Origin: Eukaryota sp. GEM-RC1 | Taxonomy: Eukaryota | Reading direction: 5' to 3' | DNA: 64,000 nucleotides | Assembly: GCA_040285855.1 (NCBI GenBank) | Contig: JAUFOQ010000001.1 | Coordinates: 2,170,001 to 2,234,000 of the forward strand | In this document: in pieces, positions 62,728 through 64,000 of the stretch | How positions within the stretch are numbered: position 1 is the first letter of the stretch | Layout of the letters: each line of letters begins with the position of its first letter | The notes under the pieces: generated by a model | Seen by the model: the letters and a program-made list of their open reading frames with translations, nothing else | What the model was told of the DNA's origin: nothing | Databases searched by the model: none | Program-made: the position numbers and the translations under genes

Positions 62728-64000
62728 CTAAGAAGTGTTTCCCATCAATGTTACTTACACTTGTTCATCAACCTGGCATAACAATACCAATAAGCTGTCA
62801 ATCGTCTCCTTGATTTTCACCTATTGTTTTCGTCGTTCATCTTCAATTATCTCCGTTTTCAGATAAGTCTTTTCCATAATTTCCTCCATACTGTAAACAT
62901 CATCAACACGTGTCTTTTGCAAGAGAGAAGTGGATGTTAGACAAGAAACTAAGTTCTTGCATGAACGATCTGACGAACCACTTCACGTCATTTTCTCAAG
63001 GTGACTGGTATCTACGCATCTTTTCATTCTACATTGATCTTCCTTTCAGTTCCTTGCTGAAGTCACTCCCTCTCTGCTAGCCTTGACATTCTGCTAGGTA
63101 TCTCTCCCATTGATCTGTTGAAGATGTAGAAGCTATATTCTATTATTGGTTTTGTAAAAGATCAAGTTAGAGTTGGACTGTCTACGGCGTGATGGCGTGA
63201 TCTAGTGTCGAAGTACATGTAAATCATCGAGTGAACGAAGAAGTTCATCGCCAACATCAACGTTTGCTCTCTAGTCATTCCTTATGTCTACCTCCTGAGT
63301 CTTATTAGTTCTTGAATCTTTTTCTCTCTTCTCTTCTCTTTTACTGTCTTGCACATTTACCTTTTCATTGGTTTTTCCACAGTTTCTATTGATCTTTCCT
63401 GTTCCTTACTTCTAAGTTTCGAATGTACAGCTGAGTCTCACGTTATCAATTGAATGAATGTACCTTTCTAACGTATTCGATCCTCGAGTTGTTGACTACT
63501 TGTGACTACTTCTACTCCCGTTACCACTAGTACTCTTCTCCCGGAGAATGAGTATGCTCTCCGTTTGCGTTGCTTCAACTCTATCTTCTCATCTTTGAAG
63601 AATTCTTCACATTAACAAGGACATGAGACTTTCTTGAAACTCGTCTTCATCTCTCTCAACCTAACTCATCAGTGAGATCATTCCAAAGATGTTCTTTGTA
63701 GTTTGTAGATCTATCACAATTGAAATCCACCATTTAGCTATTCGCTGTTGATTGTAGCTCCATATCAATGTTCTTTATACTAGTAACGGGAGAAACTTGG
63801 TTGTTGTTCTTTCAAAATTCAGGACAATGTTGCTGATCCCGAGAGGCCTCAAATGTTCTGAATCATGTAATTTAACTATTTTTACCCGAATTGATTAGGA
63901 ACATTTCCTTTATATTTGTTCTATTTGGTATATCCATGATATATCAATGTTCTGTGTATAGTGGAAACACTAATAGACATGTCGTTTCTACTATACAACA

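Overview
AT-rich eukaryotic DNA, most likely from a protist. Evidence: 30-31 nt GT-AG introns, and Ty3/Gypsy, CRE-like non-LTR, hAT and MULE relics. The window is a transposon- and duplication-rich accessory region. Recognisable host genes are an RNI-like LRR relic, a RING + protein kinase + TM gene, a large unknown gene with three paralogous fragments, two copies of a secreted 10-Cys saposin-like peptide, a bacterial-type SAM methyltransferase that carries a 30-nt intron, and a multi-pass membrane protein. Three non-autonomous hAT elements have clear TIRs and 8-bp TSDs. The most unusual structures are (i) four decayed copies of the N-terminal half of chaperonin CCT3 embedded in a modular repeat family and (ii) mirror-ordered inverted duplications (about 25-50 kb) enclosing the methyltransferase and the membrane gene. 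Many frameshifts fall in homopolymer runs and may be assembly errors. No rRNA, tRNA or CRISPR array was found. All family assignments come from motif recognition by eye, not from database searches.
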